Part shown: piece by piece, positions 13,256 to 22,958 of the stretch
How positions within the stretch are numbered: position 1 is the first letter of the stretch
Layout of the letters: each line of letters starts with the position of its first letter
Notes under the pieces: model-generated
What the model was told of the DNA's origin: nothing
The model's input: the letters and a program-made list of their open reading frames with translations, nothing else
The model's database searches: none
Program-made: the position numbers and the translations under genes
Sequence record: MW388002.1
Source of the DNA: Acinetobacter phage Mokit
DNA: 64,000 nucleotides
Direction: 5' to 3' (one strand)

Positions 13256-14836
13256 ATGTCTCAATTCAAACAAAAAACTAAAGAACAATTACTAGAAACT
13301 TGGGGAGATTTCCTCACAGCTGAAGGCCTTCCGGTAATTGACGAAAGCCGCCACGTAGTAATGGCAAAGATCTTTGAGAACCAAGAGCAAGATTTCCTTA
13401 CTGGCACAGAATACCGTGATCCCGAAATCGTTAAAGCATTCTCTGGATTCTTGACTGAAGCAGAAATTGGTGGTGACCATGGTTACGATGCAACAAATAT
13501 TGCTGCTGGTCAAACATCAGGTGCTGTAACTCAAATCGGTCCTGCTGTAATGGGTATGGTACGTCGTGCAATTCCTAACTTAATCGCATTTGATATTTGT
13601 GGTGTACAGCCTTTAAACGGTCCTACAGGCCAAATCTTCTCGTTACGCTCAGTATATGGTAAAGATCCATTAGCTGCTGGTGCTAAAGAAGCTTTCCACC
13701 CAATGCTATCTCCGGATACAATGCATTCAGGTCAAGGCGCTGCTGAAGCATTCCCAGTTGCTGCAGCAGGTGATGTACTTGCAATCGGTGACATTCGTCG
13801 TCATGACTTTGCTGATACCGGCCGTGTATACATTCAAGCAGTTAAAGCAGTAACAGTTGATGCAGATGCAACGACTCCTGAATTGTTAGACATCGAAGTT
13901 AAAAAACTAATGGAAGCAGGTACAATTGCCGAAATTGGTGAAGGTATGGCTACTTCGGTTGCTGAACTTCAAGAAGGTTTCAATGGTTCACAAAATAACC
14001 CTTGGAACGAAATGGGTTTCCGTATCGACAAACAATCAGTTGAAGTTAAATCTCGTCAATTAAAAGCTCAATACTCAATCGAACTTGCACAAGATTTGAA
14101 AGCTGTTCACGGTATGGATGCTGACGCTGAATTAGCTGGTATCCTTGCAACAGAAATTATGCTTGAAATCAACCGTGAAATCGTTGATTGGATCAACTTC
14201 TCAGCACAAGTTGGTAAAACTGGCTTCACACAAACAAGTGGTTCTAAAGCAGGTGTATTTGACTTCCAAGATCCGATCGATGTTAAAGGTGCACGTTGGG
14301 CTGGTGAAGCTTACAAAGCGTTGTTAATCCAAATCGATAAAGAAGCTTCAGAAATTGCTCGTCAAACTGGTCGTGGTATTGGTAACTTCATTATCGCTTC
14401 TCGTAACGTTGTAATGGCTCTTGCTCAAGTTGATGAACGTGTTAGCCCTGCCGCTCAAGGTCTTGCATCTGGCATGAACTATGACACAACTAAAGCAACA
14501 TTTGCTGGTGTACTTGGTGGTCGTTACCGTGTATATATTGACCAATATGCTCGTCAAGACTACTTCACAGTTGGTTTTAAAGGTTCAAGCGAATTGGATG
14601 CTGGTATTTACTACAGCCCATACGTTCCATTAACTCCATTACGTGGTTCTGATCCGAAAAACTTCCAACCAGTAATGGGCTTCAAAACTCGTTATGCAGT
14701 TGGTATCAACCCATTTGCAGATACATCAGCTCAAGCTCCTGCAGGTAATCGTCGTATTAGCAATGGTATGCCGACTATCGAGAATTCAGCTGGTAAAAAT
14801 GGTTACTTCCGCAAAGTTTTCGTTAAAGGAATCTAA
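13256..14836 (+). CDS. 23: major capsid protein gp23
   Basis: 526 aa; HK97-fold T4-type MCP; position. The strongest terminator in the window lies downstream. Confidence 0.9.
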   Translation: MSQFKQKTKEQLLETWGDFLTAEGLPVIDESRHVVMAKIFENQEQDFLTGTEYRDPEIVKAFSGFLTEAEIGGDHGYDATNIAAGQTSGAVTQIGPAVMGMVRRAIPNLIAFDICGVQPLNGPTGQIFSLRSVYGKDPLAAGAKEAFHPMLSPDTMHSGQGAAEAFPVAAAGDVLAIGDIRRHDFADTGRVYIQAVKAVTVDADATTPELLDIEVKKLMEAGTIAEIGEGMATSVAELQEGFNGSQNNPWNEMGFRIDKQSVEVKSRQLKAQYSIELAQDLKAVHGMDADAELAGILATEIMLEINREIVDWINFSAQVGKTGFTQTSGSKAGVFDFQDPIDVKGARWAGEAYKALLIQIDKEASEIARQTGRGIGNFIIASRNVVMALAQVDERVSPAAQGLASGMNYDTTKATFAGVLGGRYRVYIDQYARQDYFTVGFKGSSELDAGIYYSPYVPLTPLRGSDPKNFQPVMGFKTRYAVGINPFADTSAQAPAGNRRISNGMPTIENSAGKNGYFRKVFVKGI

Positions 14837-14862
14837 GGTTCCTTTAACCTTAACTTAAAAAG

Positions 14863-14890
14863 AAAGGAGTCTCATATGACTCCTTTTTTA
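14863..14890 (+). terminator. rho-independent terminator after gene 23 (AAAGGAGTC-TCATAT-GACTCCTTT + T6)
   Basis: 9-bp perfect stem plus a TTTTTT run. Confidence 0.8.
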
Positions 14891-14902
14891 TTGATCTCTG
14901 AA

Positions 14903-14910
14903 TATAAATA
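14903..14910 (+). promoter_or_regulatory. late promoter TATAAATA for gene 24
   Basis: Exact motif between the terminator and the gp24 start. Confidence 0.55.
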
Positions 14911-14956
14911 TTATAGAAAAATCAATAATGGTAAGTGGTCTATATAGGAAAACAAC

Positions 14957-16225
14957 ATGAAATATATCGATAAAATTATTCGAGAGTCTACAACATCGCA
15001 AGATAATGTCGATTCTAGACCTTCGCTTTTAGCATTAACAAGAGCTACAACAAATTTAGTTTATCACGATTTAGTCGCTACACAATATACAGATCAGCCT
15101 ATTGCCGCTTTATATGGTGTAAAATATTTGAATCCTAATAAAGAATTAACATTTGTTACAGGTGCAACTTATTCAGGTGCAATCGGCACAGAAGATAGAA
15201 AAACCATGCCTGAGTTGACTGGAGCTACTCCTATGTCAAAAGGCACTTTATTCAAGTATACCGATGTCGTCTTCAAGGCACTAGTAGATAATCCTTTTGC
15301 TGGAACTACAGAAACAGACGTATTTGATATTTTATCAGAAGCGGTTGCGGCAAACAATGTCAGAATGGTTCCAGAAGCCGCAGATACCGCCAAATTTGAA
15401 GGAGTAGAATCCGACATCGCTGAAGCGTCATTTGAAATTAATAAATGGCAAGCTCCAGTAAAATCTAGAAAATTTAAAGCTGAATTAACGGTTGAACTTG
15501 CGCAAGATATGGAAGCATCAGGATTTGATGCACCTGAAACCATTGAGGATTTACTTGCCACTCAAATGGCAGAAGAAATCAACAAAGACATTTTACAATC
15601 ATTGGTAACAGTATCATCAAGATTTAAAGTGAAAGGTGTTTCTGATAAAGGAGTTTTAGATTTATCTGATCCTAATATCCCTTCAACAACACAAGGTCGT
15701 GAGTTATACCGCTTCATCTGCGAAATGAATGCTCAAATTCAAAGACAAACTTCATATTCAGCCACTTATGTTGTAGCAAGCTCTAGAGTTGCAGCACTGT
15801 TAACGGCTTCAGGGTGGTTGAAAAAAGAAGATGACCAACCTTACGCATCTGCAGGAATTCTTAATAATGGTTTAGTACTTTATTGCGACAACAATAGCCC
15901 AGTTGAATATGTTGTTGTTGGAGTTAAAGCTGAATACGGTGATAATGAAATGGTAGGATCTTTGTTCTATGCTCCATACGCCGAAGGTTTTAATAAAGAA
16001 GCTGATCCTACTGACCACATTGGAATGTATAAAGTTATCAATGATTCTAGCAGCTTACAACCACGAGTTGCTCTATTGGTAAGATATGCTCTGTGCGTAA
16101 ATCCATACACAGTAGGTTTAAATGATCAAGAAGCTCGAGTTGTTGATGCGAGCGACATGGATCAATTCGCAGGTCAAAGTAAAATGTCAGTTTTATTAGG
16201 TTTAAAATTGCCTAAGTTGGTATAA
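14957..16225 (+). CDS. 24: head vertex protein gp24
   Basis: 422 aa (T4 427 aa); paralogous to gp23 (shared …ELAQD… block); synteny. Confidence 0.9.
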   Translation: MKYIDKIIRESTTSQDNVDSRPSLLALTRATTNLVYHDLVATQYTDQPIAALYGVKYLNPNKELTFVTGATYSGAIGTEDRKTMPELTGATPMSKGTLFKYTDVVFKALVDNPFAGTTETDVFDILSEAVAANNVRMVPEAADTAKFEGVESDIAEASFEINKWQAPVKSRKFKAELTVELAQDMEASGFDAPETIEDLLATQMAEEINKDILQSLVTVSSRFKVKGVSDKGVLDLSDPNIPSTTQGRELYRFICEMNAQIQRQTSYSATYVVASSRVAALLTASGWLKKEDDQPYASAGILNNGLVLYCDNNSPVEYVVVGVKAEYGDNEMVGSLFYAPYAEGFNKEADPTDHIGMYKVINDSSSLQPRVALLVRYALCVNPYTVGLNDQEARVVDASDMDQFAGQSKMSVLLGLKLPKLV

Positions 16226-16242
16226 TATAAAAATTAAACACA

Positions 16243-16270
16243 AAAGGGACTCATATGAGTCCCTTTTTAA
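16243..16270. terminator. bidirectional terminator between gene 24 and hoc (AAAGGGACTCATATGAGTCCCTTT)
   Basis: Palindromic 10-bp stem with an A-run on one side and a T-run on the other; lies between convergent genes. Confidence 0.75.
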
Positions 16271-16280
16271 GGTTTTGATA

Positions 16281-19200
16281 TTAGTAAATTATTCCAATAT
16301 CGATTTGATTCTTTGTGATAATCCAACCGTGTCTAGATTCTTGAATTTCGACATTAGGATAATCTTGAATCATTTTAGCAATTGTCAATAATTCACAGGC
16401 ATATTTTAATCCATTAGCTTCAGGATTTTTCCAATCTATTCCTTTGGCAACAGCTTCCTGTAATTCATCCAATACCCAATATCCACACCAAATAAATGAT
16501 GAGTCTCTTGAATCAAGTGGATGAATGTGTCTAATACAATCGCCTTCGATTGGAGGACTCGCAACTGAAATCTCTACACTAAGTTCAATAACTCTATCCA
16601 AATAATCAGGATGCTTAAATGTTACTGTAACACTAGATGTAGATTTTCCTGGAGCAGTAGGAGTAACTGATACCGCCTGTGTAGTAGCTCCATTGTTCCA
16701 AAGATATGTTATCGAAGTCCCATCAACAGATGTCATCGCATCAACTGTAGCTTCATAAGATTCACCCAAAGTAATAGATTCTTTATCAACTGATATATTA
16801 GCTACTCCTTGTACAACAATCTTCTCAACTTTGATTTTGACACCATTTGATGAAACAATCGCTTCATCATAATCTGGATGAGTTGCAGTAACCACACAAT
16901 TTAGTGTATAGTCGCCGGCCAAATGCTCAGATCTAGTAACAGTTTTTGAAGTTTCTCCTGTTGACCATTTATATGCAAATGTTGATCCATTTGGAGCATT
17001 TTTAACATCGACACTAACACTGAAGGATTCATCCTGCTTTACTGTTGTTTTAGTTGCACTAGCTTCAGCAGTAATACTCATTACCATTTTATTGGCAGTC
17101 ATTTCAACTTCTTTTGTCAGAACTACATTATCAGCACCCTCTGCTACAGTGGTAGAGGTTACTTTAATTTTATGTTTTCCTGCTACAGTTGGAGTATAAT
17201 CAAGGTAGTTTGTTGTCGAAGGATTTTTCGTTCCATCAACTTCCCACGCATATGTTGTGCTAGAATCTGCGGGTGCACCTTCTACTAAAGCTGTAAATCT
17301 TTGTGAGTCCTTTATTGTTACTACTGCGTCAGTAGGTAACAGACTTAATGTAATGGCCATTTCTCGTTTTTCCGTTGTTACGTTAAATTTTTCATCTAAT
17401 ATTAAATCTCCATCATAATCAGGATGGCTAAGTCGAGCTTTAGTAGAAATCTCATGTTGTCCTGGATTTACCGCTGCCACTGTGAATGAGTCCTTAATAT
17501 CAGAGAGTGATATAAATTTATCATCGATAAACCATGACACAGAATCAACAGATAATTGATCAAAATTTTCTACTAATTCTTTTCCTACTATTGAAGCGCT
17601 AACAATTAGATTTTCACCCCATTTCAGTAATGTCTTATTTGGAACTAAATCTAAACTAAGATTAGGCCAAGCCTTCCTATTAATATCAATTGTAGATTCA
17701 TGTGAACTCACAGGAGTATCATTAAATCCATCTTTCTTAACTATAGCGGATGCCGATATTGTATAGTTAAAATTTTCGGCTTTCATTGTTATCTCAGGAG
17801 ATGTCACAATTTTGCCATTTATTTTCCAAGTGATATTCTCAGTAGTTGCTCCATCAGGTAAATTAGTCCACTTAGGTTTAATCGTGAAAGTCTGATCCAA
17901 AGTTATATTAGTTGGAACAGTTTCAAAATCCAAAATGGGTGTAGGATCAATAGGATTGTCTAGCACCTCTAAAATAATATCAGATTCTGCTACAAGAGGA
18001 ACGGCATCCACATACATATCATCAGTAAATGTATGTCTAATTTTACCGACTAATTGTTTAGATTCATTCGGTAATGTATAAGAGAATTTTCCATTTACTG
18101 CTTCAACTACAGGATTGCCTTGGAAGTCAATAAGTTCATATTTACCCTTTTTAGATAAAGTTTCAATCTCTTGGGCATACTCTGCTGGGGTATCTTTTAT
18201 GTAATCCAATAAATTAATAACATCAAATTCAATAAGATTACCTTTGGCACCAGAGAAGTAGAAATTGTTTGAAGCTGTTAAGAATTTACCATCTACTCTA
18301 AAAATACCTTTAGCATTCCACTCAGGTTGTTTTCCAATAGTGACAGTTTTAGAAATCTCAAAATCTTGTTGTTCAAAATATGGATTCTCTTTTGATTTAC
18401 CTGATACTTTAATCTCTACCGTTTTACCGCATAAAGAAGGTTCGATATATTCCATTGAATAAAAATTAGGAGTAGTTGGAATTCCTGAGAAAACTTCTAC
18501 ACCGTCTATAGTTACTTTTGCGACATCCTTATCTGAAATTTCAAATGGATAATTTTTATAATCAGGAACACCAGAATATGTACCGTTTACACCAATGCTT
18601 TCACCTGATCCGTGACCCCAATACATTTTTTCAAAGTAATATAGGCCAACGATTTCAGCTGAATGTGGCGCAGCAATCATCTTAACAAATTCAATTGGAA
18701 CTTCAGGTGATGTTACAGTAACACCTTCATAGTCATCAGATTTAACGGATACTATGCACTTGACGTTATATGTGCCAACTTCTTTCCTAGTAAAAATTAG
18801 ATCCTTTTCACTTCCGGCGTGGTCACCATTAACAGACCAATCATAAGATATAGATACTCCCGCAGGTGCTCCAGTTACATTGGCAGTAAAATTAGCAGAT
18901 GAAGTGATCTCTGCTGAAGGAGAACTTGAATTTACAGTTACTGAAATTCCATCCATTGTACTTTTTACACTGTTTACTACAGTTTCATCAGTTATAACAA
19001 TAGTTTCGGAACCTTTGGTAACAGTAACTTCAACTTTAAATGTATCAGTTCCCACTTTCTCATATGGATATGTTACAGGTTTATCTTCAGAAAATAACAC
19101 TCCATTTTTATACCATTTTTGAGTGGCAGTATAAGGTAATGCAACACCAGTAACAGTATAATCTAATACGGCAGATTGACCTATACTAATAGTAACATTA

Positions 19201-19559
19201 CGTGGAGAAATAGATACTTTTCCTCGCAAAGGTTCATATACAGTAAAGGTCTCTGAAATATTTCTAGAAATATCATAGTTACCAGAATCTTTTGCATAGA
19301 TTTGATAATCTACTCTCCATTTACCTAATTCATCTAAAACAGGAGATTCTCTGAAAACAGTCTCTCCACTGGAATCATCATTATTAATTGTAAGAGACAT
19401 ACTAGTTCTCTTACCAGAAGGCGAATAATACGCCTGAACAACTTGGTTCACCGAATCGCCGTAATATTTATTCCAAGAGACTTTAGTATTAGCAGTTTTG
19501 CCTTGGGCTATCCTTTTATCTTCAGGTAACCCAACAATTTTTAAATATGATAATGACAT
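16281..19559 (-). CDS. hoc: Hoc-like outer capsid protein, expanded to ~1092 aa with multiple Ig-like domains
   Basis: The C-terminal capsid-binding domain (HPLDSRDSSFIWCGYWVLDELQ…GIDWK…DYPNVEIQESRHGWIITKNQIDIGIIY) aligns with the T4 Hoc C-terminus (HPLPHRSSAYIWCGWWVMDEIQ…). The body consists of roughly 90-aa Thr/Ser-rich beta repeats with a recurring (S/H)PDYD motif. Confidence 0.85.
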   Translation of the reverse strand: MSLSYLKIVGLPEDKRIAQGKTANTKVSWNKYYGDSVNQVVQAYYSPSGKRTSMSLTINNDDSSGETVFRESPVLDELGKWRVDYQIYAKDSGNYDISRNISETFTVYEPLRGKVSISPRNVTISIGQSAVLDYTVTGVALPYTATQKWYKNGVLFSEDKPVTYPYEKVGTDTFKVEVTVTKGSETIVITDETVVNSVKSTMDGISVTVNSSSPSAEITSSANFTANVTGAPAGVSISYDWSVNGDHAGSEKDLIFTRKEVGTYNVKCIVSVKSDDYEGVTVTSPEVPIEFVKMIAAPHSAEIVGLYYFEKMYWGHGSGESIGVNGTYSGVPDYKNYPFEISDKDVAKVTIDGVEVFSGIPTTPNFYSMEYIEPSLCGKTVEIKVSGKSKENPYFEQQDFEISKTVTIGKQPEWNAKGIFRVDGKFLTASNNFYFSGAKGNLIEFDVINLLDYIKDTPAEYAQEIETLSKKGKYELIDFQGNPVVEAVNGKFSYTLPNESKQLVGKIRHTFTDDMYVDAVPLVAESDIILEVLDNPIDPTPILDFETVPTNITLDQTFTIKPKWTNLPDGATTENITWKINGKIVTSPEITMKAENFNYTISASAIVKKDGFNDTPVSSHESTIDINRKAWPNLSLDLVPNKTLLKWGENLIVSASIVGKELVENFDQLSVDSVSWFIDDKFISLSDIKDSFTVAAVNPGQHEISTKARLSHPDYDGDLILDEKFNVTTEKREMAITLSLLPTDAVVTIKDSQRFTALVEGAPADSSTTYAWEVDGTKNPSTTNYLDYTPTVAGKHKIKVTSTTVAEGADNVVLTKEVEMTANKMVMSITAEASATKTTVKQDESFSVSVDVKNAPNGSTFAYKWSTGETSKTVTRSEHLAGDYTLNCVVTATHPDYDEAIVSSNGVKIKVEKIVVQGVANISVDKESITLGESYEATVDAMTSVDGTSITYLWNNGATTQAVSVTPTAPGKSTSSVTVTFKHPDYLDRVIELSVEISVASPPIEGDCIRHIHPLDSRDSSFIWCGYWVLDELQEAVAKGIDWKNPEANGLKYACELLTIAKMIQDYPNVEIQESRHGWIITKNQIDIGIIY

Positions 19560-19584
19560 TTAATTCCTCTGATTAAATAATGTG

Positions 19585-20256
19585 TTACTCTAACACATGA
19601 AACTTCGAATTTCGAGTTTCGCGGATCATAACACTACCATCTCTATTAATGTAATAAATCAAACTATAGAGTGTATCCATACCGTAGTGATGCGGAAATT
19701 TTCCTGTATTTTCTTTCCAATCCGAGTTTTTTGTGATCCATTCATAAATCCACCAAGGTAATGTGCAGTACCCTGGAGATCTACCTAAGAGAGTTATCTT
19801 AGGAGAAAAGTTTTCAGGCAATTTAAATTTTTTGGATTTGACCTCAACTTCAGGCTCACTATTTTCAACTTTTAATTTTTCGGTAACATTAGATTCAATA
19901 TTAGCAGTAACAACTGATTCAACTACAACTTCTTTAATATCATCGACGATTTCCTCGATAGATAACATCTTAGACGCTGTTAAATTGAGATCAATATCAC
20001 CAGCAAATTGAATATTTTTTCCATTTTTTTGATCACTTGCAGTGATCAAATCTGAAATGGTAAATCCTTCATTATCATCAGGCATAGGCTCATTCGATAG
20101 CTCCAATAATTTATCAGAGAGATCTGATACCATATTGTCAAATGATTTAGTTTTCTTTACCGTAATTCCAAATGTTTCAGCATATTCAGCTAATTTCTCT
20201 TTCGCTTCTTTTCCGCCTAATTCTTTTAATTCTTTAATATATTCATTGTCGATCAT
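19585..20256 (-). CDS. hypothetical protein, Inh-like by position (inhibitor of prohead protease?)
   Basis: 223 aa (T4 Inh 226 aa); same strand and position as inh downstream of hoc. No sequence-level confirmation. Confidence 0.35.
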   Translation of the reverse strand: MIDNEYIKELKELGGKEAKEKLAEYAETFGITVKKTKSFDNMVSDLSDKLLELSNEPMPDDNEGFTISDLITASDQKNGKNIQFAGDIDLNLTASKMLSIEEIVDDIKEVVVESVVTANIESNVTEKLKVENSEPEVEVKSKKFKLPENFSPKITLLGRSPGYCTLPWWIYEWITKNSDWKENTGKFPHHYGMDTLYSLIYYINRDGSVMIRETRNSKFHVLE

Positions 20257-20276
20257 ATCGTCTTCCTATATAGGGT

Positions 20277-20297
20277 TAATTTATTTTATTTATAACA
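20277..20297. promoter_or_regulatory. back-to-back late promoters: minus-strand TATAAATA (20277-20284) and plus-strand TATAAATA (20290-20297)
   Basis: Exact motifs in the divergent inh/uvsW intergenic region. Confidence 0.5.
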
Positions 20298-20321
20298 CGT
20301 ATAAATAACTTTATACTATTT

Positions 20322-21845
20322 GTGCAGGTAAATATCATGAGTGACATCAACGTAATTTTTTACGATTATAGCCACGTCAAGATCAGTACCCAACAATCAA
20401 TTTTTAGAGAATTGCGTGAATATTTTTCATTTTACGTAGATGGCTACCAATTTTCGCCAAAGTATGTTTATGGCATGTGGGACGGTAAGTTGAAGTTGAT
20501 GGATACTGATGGACTTTTGCCATACGGGTTATTAAACCAAGTGGTGAAATTCGCAAATAATAATGGTCTATCAATTTCATTACACCCAGACCTAAATGAC
20601 AAAAATAATATTTCAAGAAGTACATTTGATCACTGGATAAGTTCAAAGAAATATTATTCAGGCTCAGAAGAAATTTTTCCATACTGGTATCAACTTGATG
20701 CGGTATATGAGGCAATGGTAAACAAACGCAGAATTTTGAATTTGCCTACATCCGCAGGTAAATCATTAATCCAAGCGTTATTGACCAAATATTTGCTAGA
20801 AACAACAGATCGTTCGATTTTAATCTTAGTTCCTACTACATCTCTCGTTACTCAAATGAAAGATGACTTTGTAGACTATCGCCTTTTCGAAGAATCTGAA
20901 ATTGCAGAAGTTCGTTCTGGGCACAAACAGAAACATGAACGTGTTGTTATTTCAACATGGCAATCGGCTATTAAAAAGCCAAAAGAATGGTTCAACCAAT
21001 TTGGCATGCTATTGTGCGATGAGATGCATTTAGCCATTGGTAAGTCGATTTCTACAATCATTAATAAATTAAATTATTGTGAGTATAAAATCGGTTTGTC
21101 TGGATCACTTCGTGATGGCAAAGCAAATTTGATGCAATACATTGGATTATTTGGTGAAATTTTCAGCCCAGTCAAAACTCGCGATTTGATGGATGCCGGT
21201 CAAGTATCTCAATTACGAATCAATGCATTATTTTTGAAATATCCTGAAGTAGTTTCAAATGCTATAGCAAAACACGACTATGCATCAGAAATTAAATTCA
21301 TTACAACATTTCAAAAACGAACACAATGGGTCTCAAACCTGTCACTTAGGCTTGCTTCAAGAAAAGAAAATGTTTTTGTTATGTTTAAAAATATTGAACA
21401 CGGCAAAATGATTTATGATTCGATCAAAGCAACCAGACATGAGCATGTTTACTATGTTTCTGGTGAAGTTAGTTCAGATGAACGAACATACTTAAAGAAA
21501 ATGGCAGAAGAGCACACTGGCGTAATTATTATCGCGTCATACGGAGTTTTCTCTACTGGTATTTCGGTCAAGAATTTGCACCATGTTGTATTGGCTCACC
21601 CAGTGAAATCAAAGGTCATTGTATTGCAAACCGTTGGACGTGTTTTACGAAAACATAGTTCTAAAGCAACTGCAATGATTTGGGACATCATTGATGATAT
21701 GTCAATAACTGTAGACAAAAACGGCACTAAACAACGCAAAAATGTCAACTATGCTCTAAAGCATGGTATCGAACGAATAGAACGATATGCTATAGAGCAA
21801 TTTGATTACATCATGAAAGATGTATATTTTCTAAGTGGGACCTAA
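20322..21845 (+). CDS. uvsW: UvsW SF2 DNA/RNA helicase
   Basis: Walker A LNLPTSAGKS and DExH box LLCDEMH. Blocks nearly identical to T4 UvsW (GLSGSLRDGKANLMQY, YGVFSTGISVKNLHHVVLAH). Confidence 0.95.
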   Translation: MQVNIMSDINVIFYDYSHVKISTQQSIFRELREYFSFYVDGYQFSPKYVYGMWDGKLKLMDTDGLLPYGLLNQVVKFANNNGLSISLHPDLNDKNNISRSTFDHWISSKKYYSGSEEIFPYWYQLDAVYEAMVNKRRILNLPTSAGKSLIQALLTKYLLETTDRSILILVPTTSLVTQMKDDFVDYRLFEESEIAEVRSGHKQKHERVVISTWQSAIKKPKEWFNQFGMLLCDEMHLAIGKSISTIINKLNYCEYKIGLSGSLRDGKANLMQYIGLFGEIFSPVKTRDLMDAGQVSQLRINALFLKYPEVVSNAIAKHDYASEIKFITTFQKRTQWVSNLSLRLASRKENVFVMFKNIEHGKMIYDSIKATRHEHVYYVSGEVSSDERTYLKKMAEEHTGVIIIASYGVFSTGISVKNLHHVVLAHPVKSKVIVLQTVGRVLRKHSSKATAMIWDIIDDMSITVDKNGTKQRKNVNYALKHGIERIERYAIEQFDYIMKDVYFLSGT

Positions 21846-21861
21846 TGGTCCCTTTGCGGTT
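21837..21861. terminator. terminator hairpin GGGACC-TAAT-GGTCCC that overlaps the uvsW stop codon
   Basis: 6-bp GC stem followed by TTTGCGGTTT; lies between convergent genes. Confidence 0.55.
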
Positions 21862-22130
21862 TAGTAATTTTCATCACAGTCCTCACACATTTTGCGTTCG
21901 GCGATTGGATTATATACACGAACTTCAATACGTTTCCAACAATCACAATCTTCGCAATGAAAAATATGATCTTCTAACATATCAGTGAAATTTACCGAAT
22001 GCTTTAAGTCTGCATCAAGTCCTAATGACTCAAGTGTCTTAACTAGGGTATTGCCCCAAGTTTCTTCCATGCCATCTAACATATCAGCAAGTTCTTCAAA
22101 TTGGTCATCGGTAGGCATATCAAATTTCAT
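21861..22130 (-). CDS. hypothetical acidic protein with C-terminal CxxC…CxxC
   Basis: 89-aa ORF in the position where T4 has uvsY.-2. Confidence 0.5.
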   Translation of the reverse strand: MKFDMPTDDQFEELADMLDGMEETWGNTLVKTLESLGLDADLKHSVNFTDMLEDHIFHCEDCDCWKRIEVRVYNPIAERKMCEDCDENY

Positions 22131-22392
22131 AAGGTTTGCTCCAGAATGTTAGAATTTTGCCACATAGCTCGTCGTCACCTAAACTAAAGATGACTGAACA
22201 AATTTTATCATGATCTTCCTCATCAAAATATGCCAATAATTTAATCATTGACTCCTTTGTACCATCGGAAAATACTAAACATTTTCCAGCTTTATTACGC
22301 AAAGTAATTTCTTGGCACCAGTTATGTACTTCAAGTTTAAGTATGCCATGGTTTGTGTTGAGTGTCAATGCAGCTGTAGGTATAGTAAGCAT
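22120..22392 (-). CDS. hypothetical protein
   Basis: 90-aa ORF that overlaps its neighbours by a few nt (a coupled operon). Confidence 0.5.
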   Translation of the reverse strand: MLTIPTAALTLNTNHGILKLEVHNWCQEITLRNKAGKCLVFSDGTKESMIKLLAYFDEEDHDKICSVIFSLGDDELCGKILTFWSKPYEI

Positions 22393-22715
22393 TACTTGTA
22401 CTCCTTTTCATCAACATAAAATTCAATGTATTTTTCGGTATCCTTGGAACTTGCGTATGCTATTACAACACCACGTTCAAAATCAAAATCTTTGACCAAT
22501 AAGCGCTCATGCCATGGATCAATAGCCCAACCAAATGGAAATTTGCGGTATGGGCAAACGTAATGTACGTTACATTCTTCAACACCATTGAATTTTAGCC
22601 CAGGCGAACCTACAAATTGAACTACCCAACGTTCAGATGCATTACGTACCGATGGTACGTCGCATGTCAATTTTGTTGTTTCAGCGCGAAATGAAGTAAT
22701 TTTACGGTTGCTCAT
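22392..22715 (-). CDS. hypothetical protein (not UvsY-like)
   Basis: 107-aa ORF; no similarity to T4 UvsY. Confidence 0.5.
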   Translation of the reverse strand: MSNRKITSFRAETTKLTCDVPSVRNASERWVVQFVGSPGLKFNGVEECNVHYVCPYRKFPFGWAIDPWHERLLVKDFDFERGVVIAYASSKDTEKYIEFYVDEKEYK

Positions 22716-22790
22716 AATATTTTACTCATAATTATTAAGATAGAAGCATTATATACCACAAAAGGACCATAGTAAATAGTCCTTTTGTAG

Positions 22791-22958
22791 TTATTTTAGC
22801 TTTTTATCAGTGTATTTGCAACAAGGTACAAAATGAGAAATGTAGACACCTTGATCATGACAAGGACAACCACATTTCTTAATAATCTCATTCTGCTGTG
22901 CTGTTAGCACAGGTTTCCCAATTTTAAAAATCTTTCCAATCAACTTTACTAGCTTCAT
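22791..22958 (-). CDS. small Cys-rich protein (55 aa; CGCPCH…CCKY)
   Basis: Below the ORF-track threshold; hand-translated. Its ATG overlaps the stop of the upstream mini-ORF. Confidence 0.3.
   Translation of the reverse strand: MKLVKLIGKIFKIGKPVLTAQQNEIIKKCGCPCHDQGVYISHFVPCCKYTDKKLK

Noticed and set aside
19585-20256. Confident annotation of the 223-aa protein as Inh and of the 161-aa protein (41137-41622) as Alc.
   Set aside because: The assignments rest only on position and size relative to T4. I could not recall diagnostic sequence features to confirm either, so they are listed as hypothetical with a positional note.
22392-22715. The 107-aa ORF as a divergent UvsY.
   Set aside because: It shows no resemblance to the T4 UvsY sequence or to its amphipathic helical character. 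It is Cys/aromatic-rich and looks like a small globular domain.
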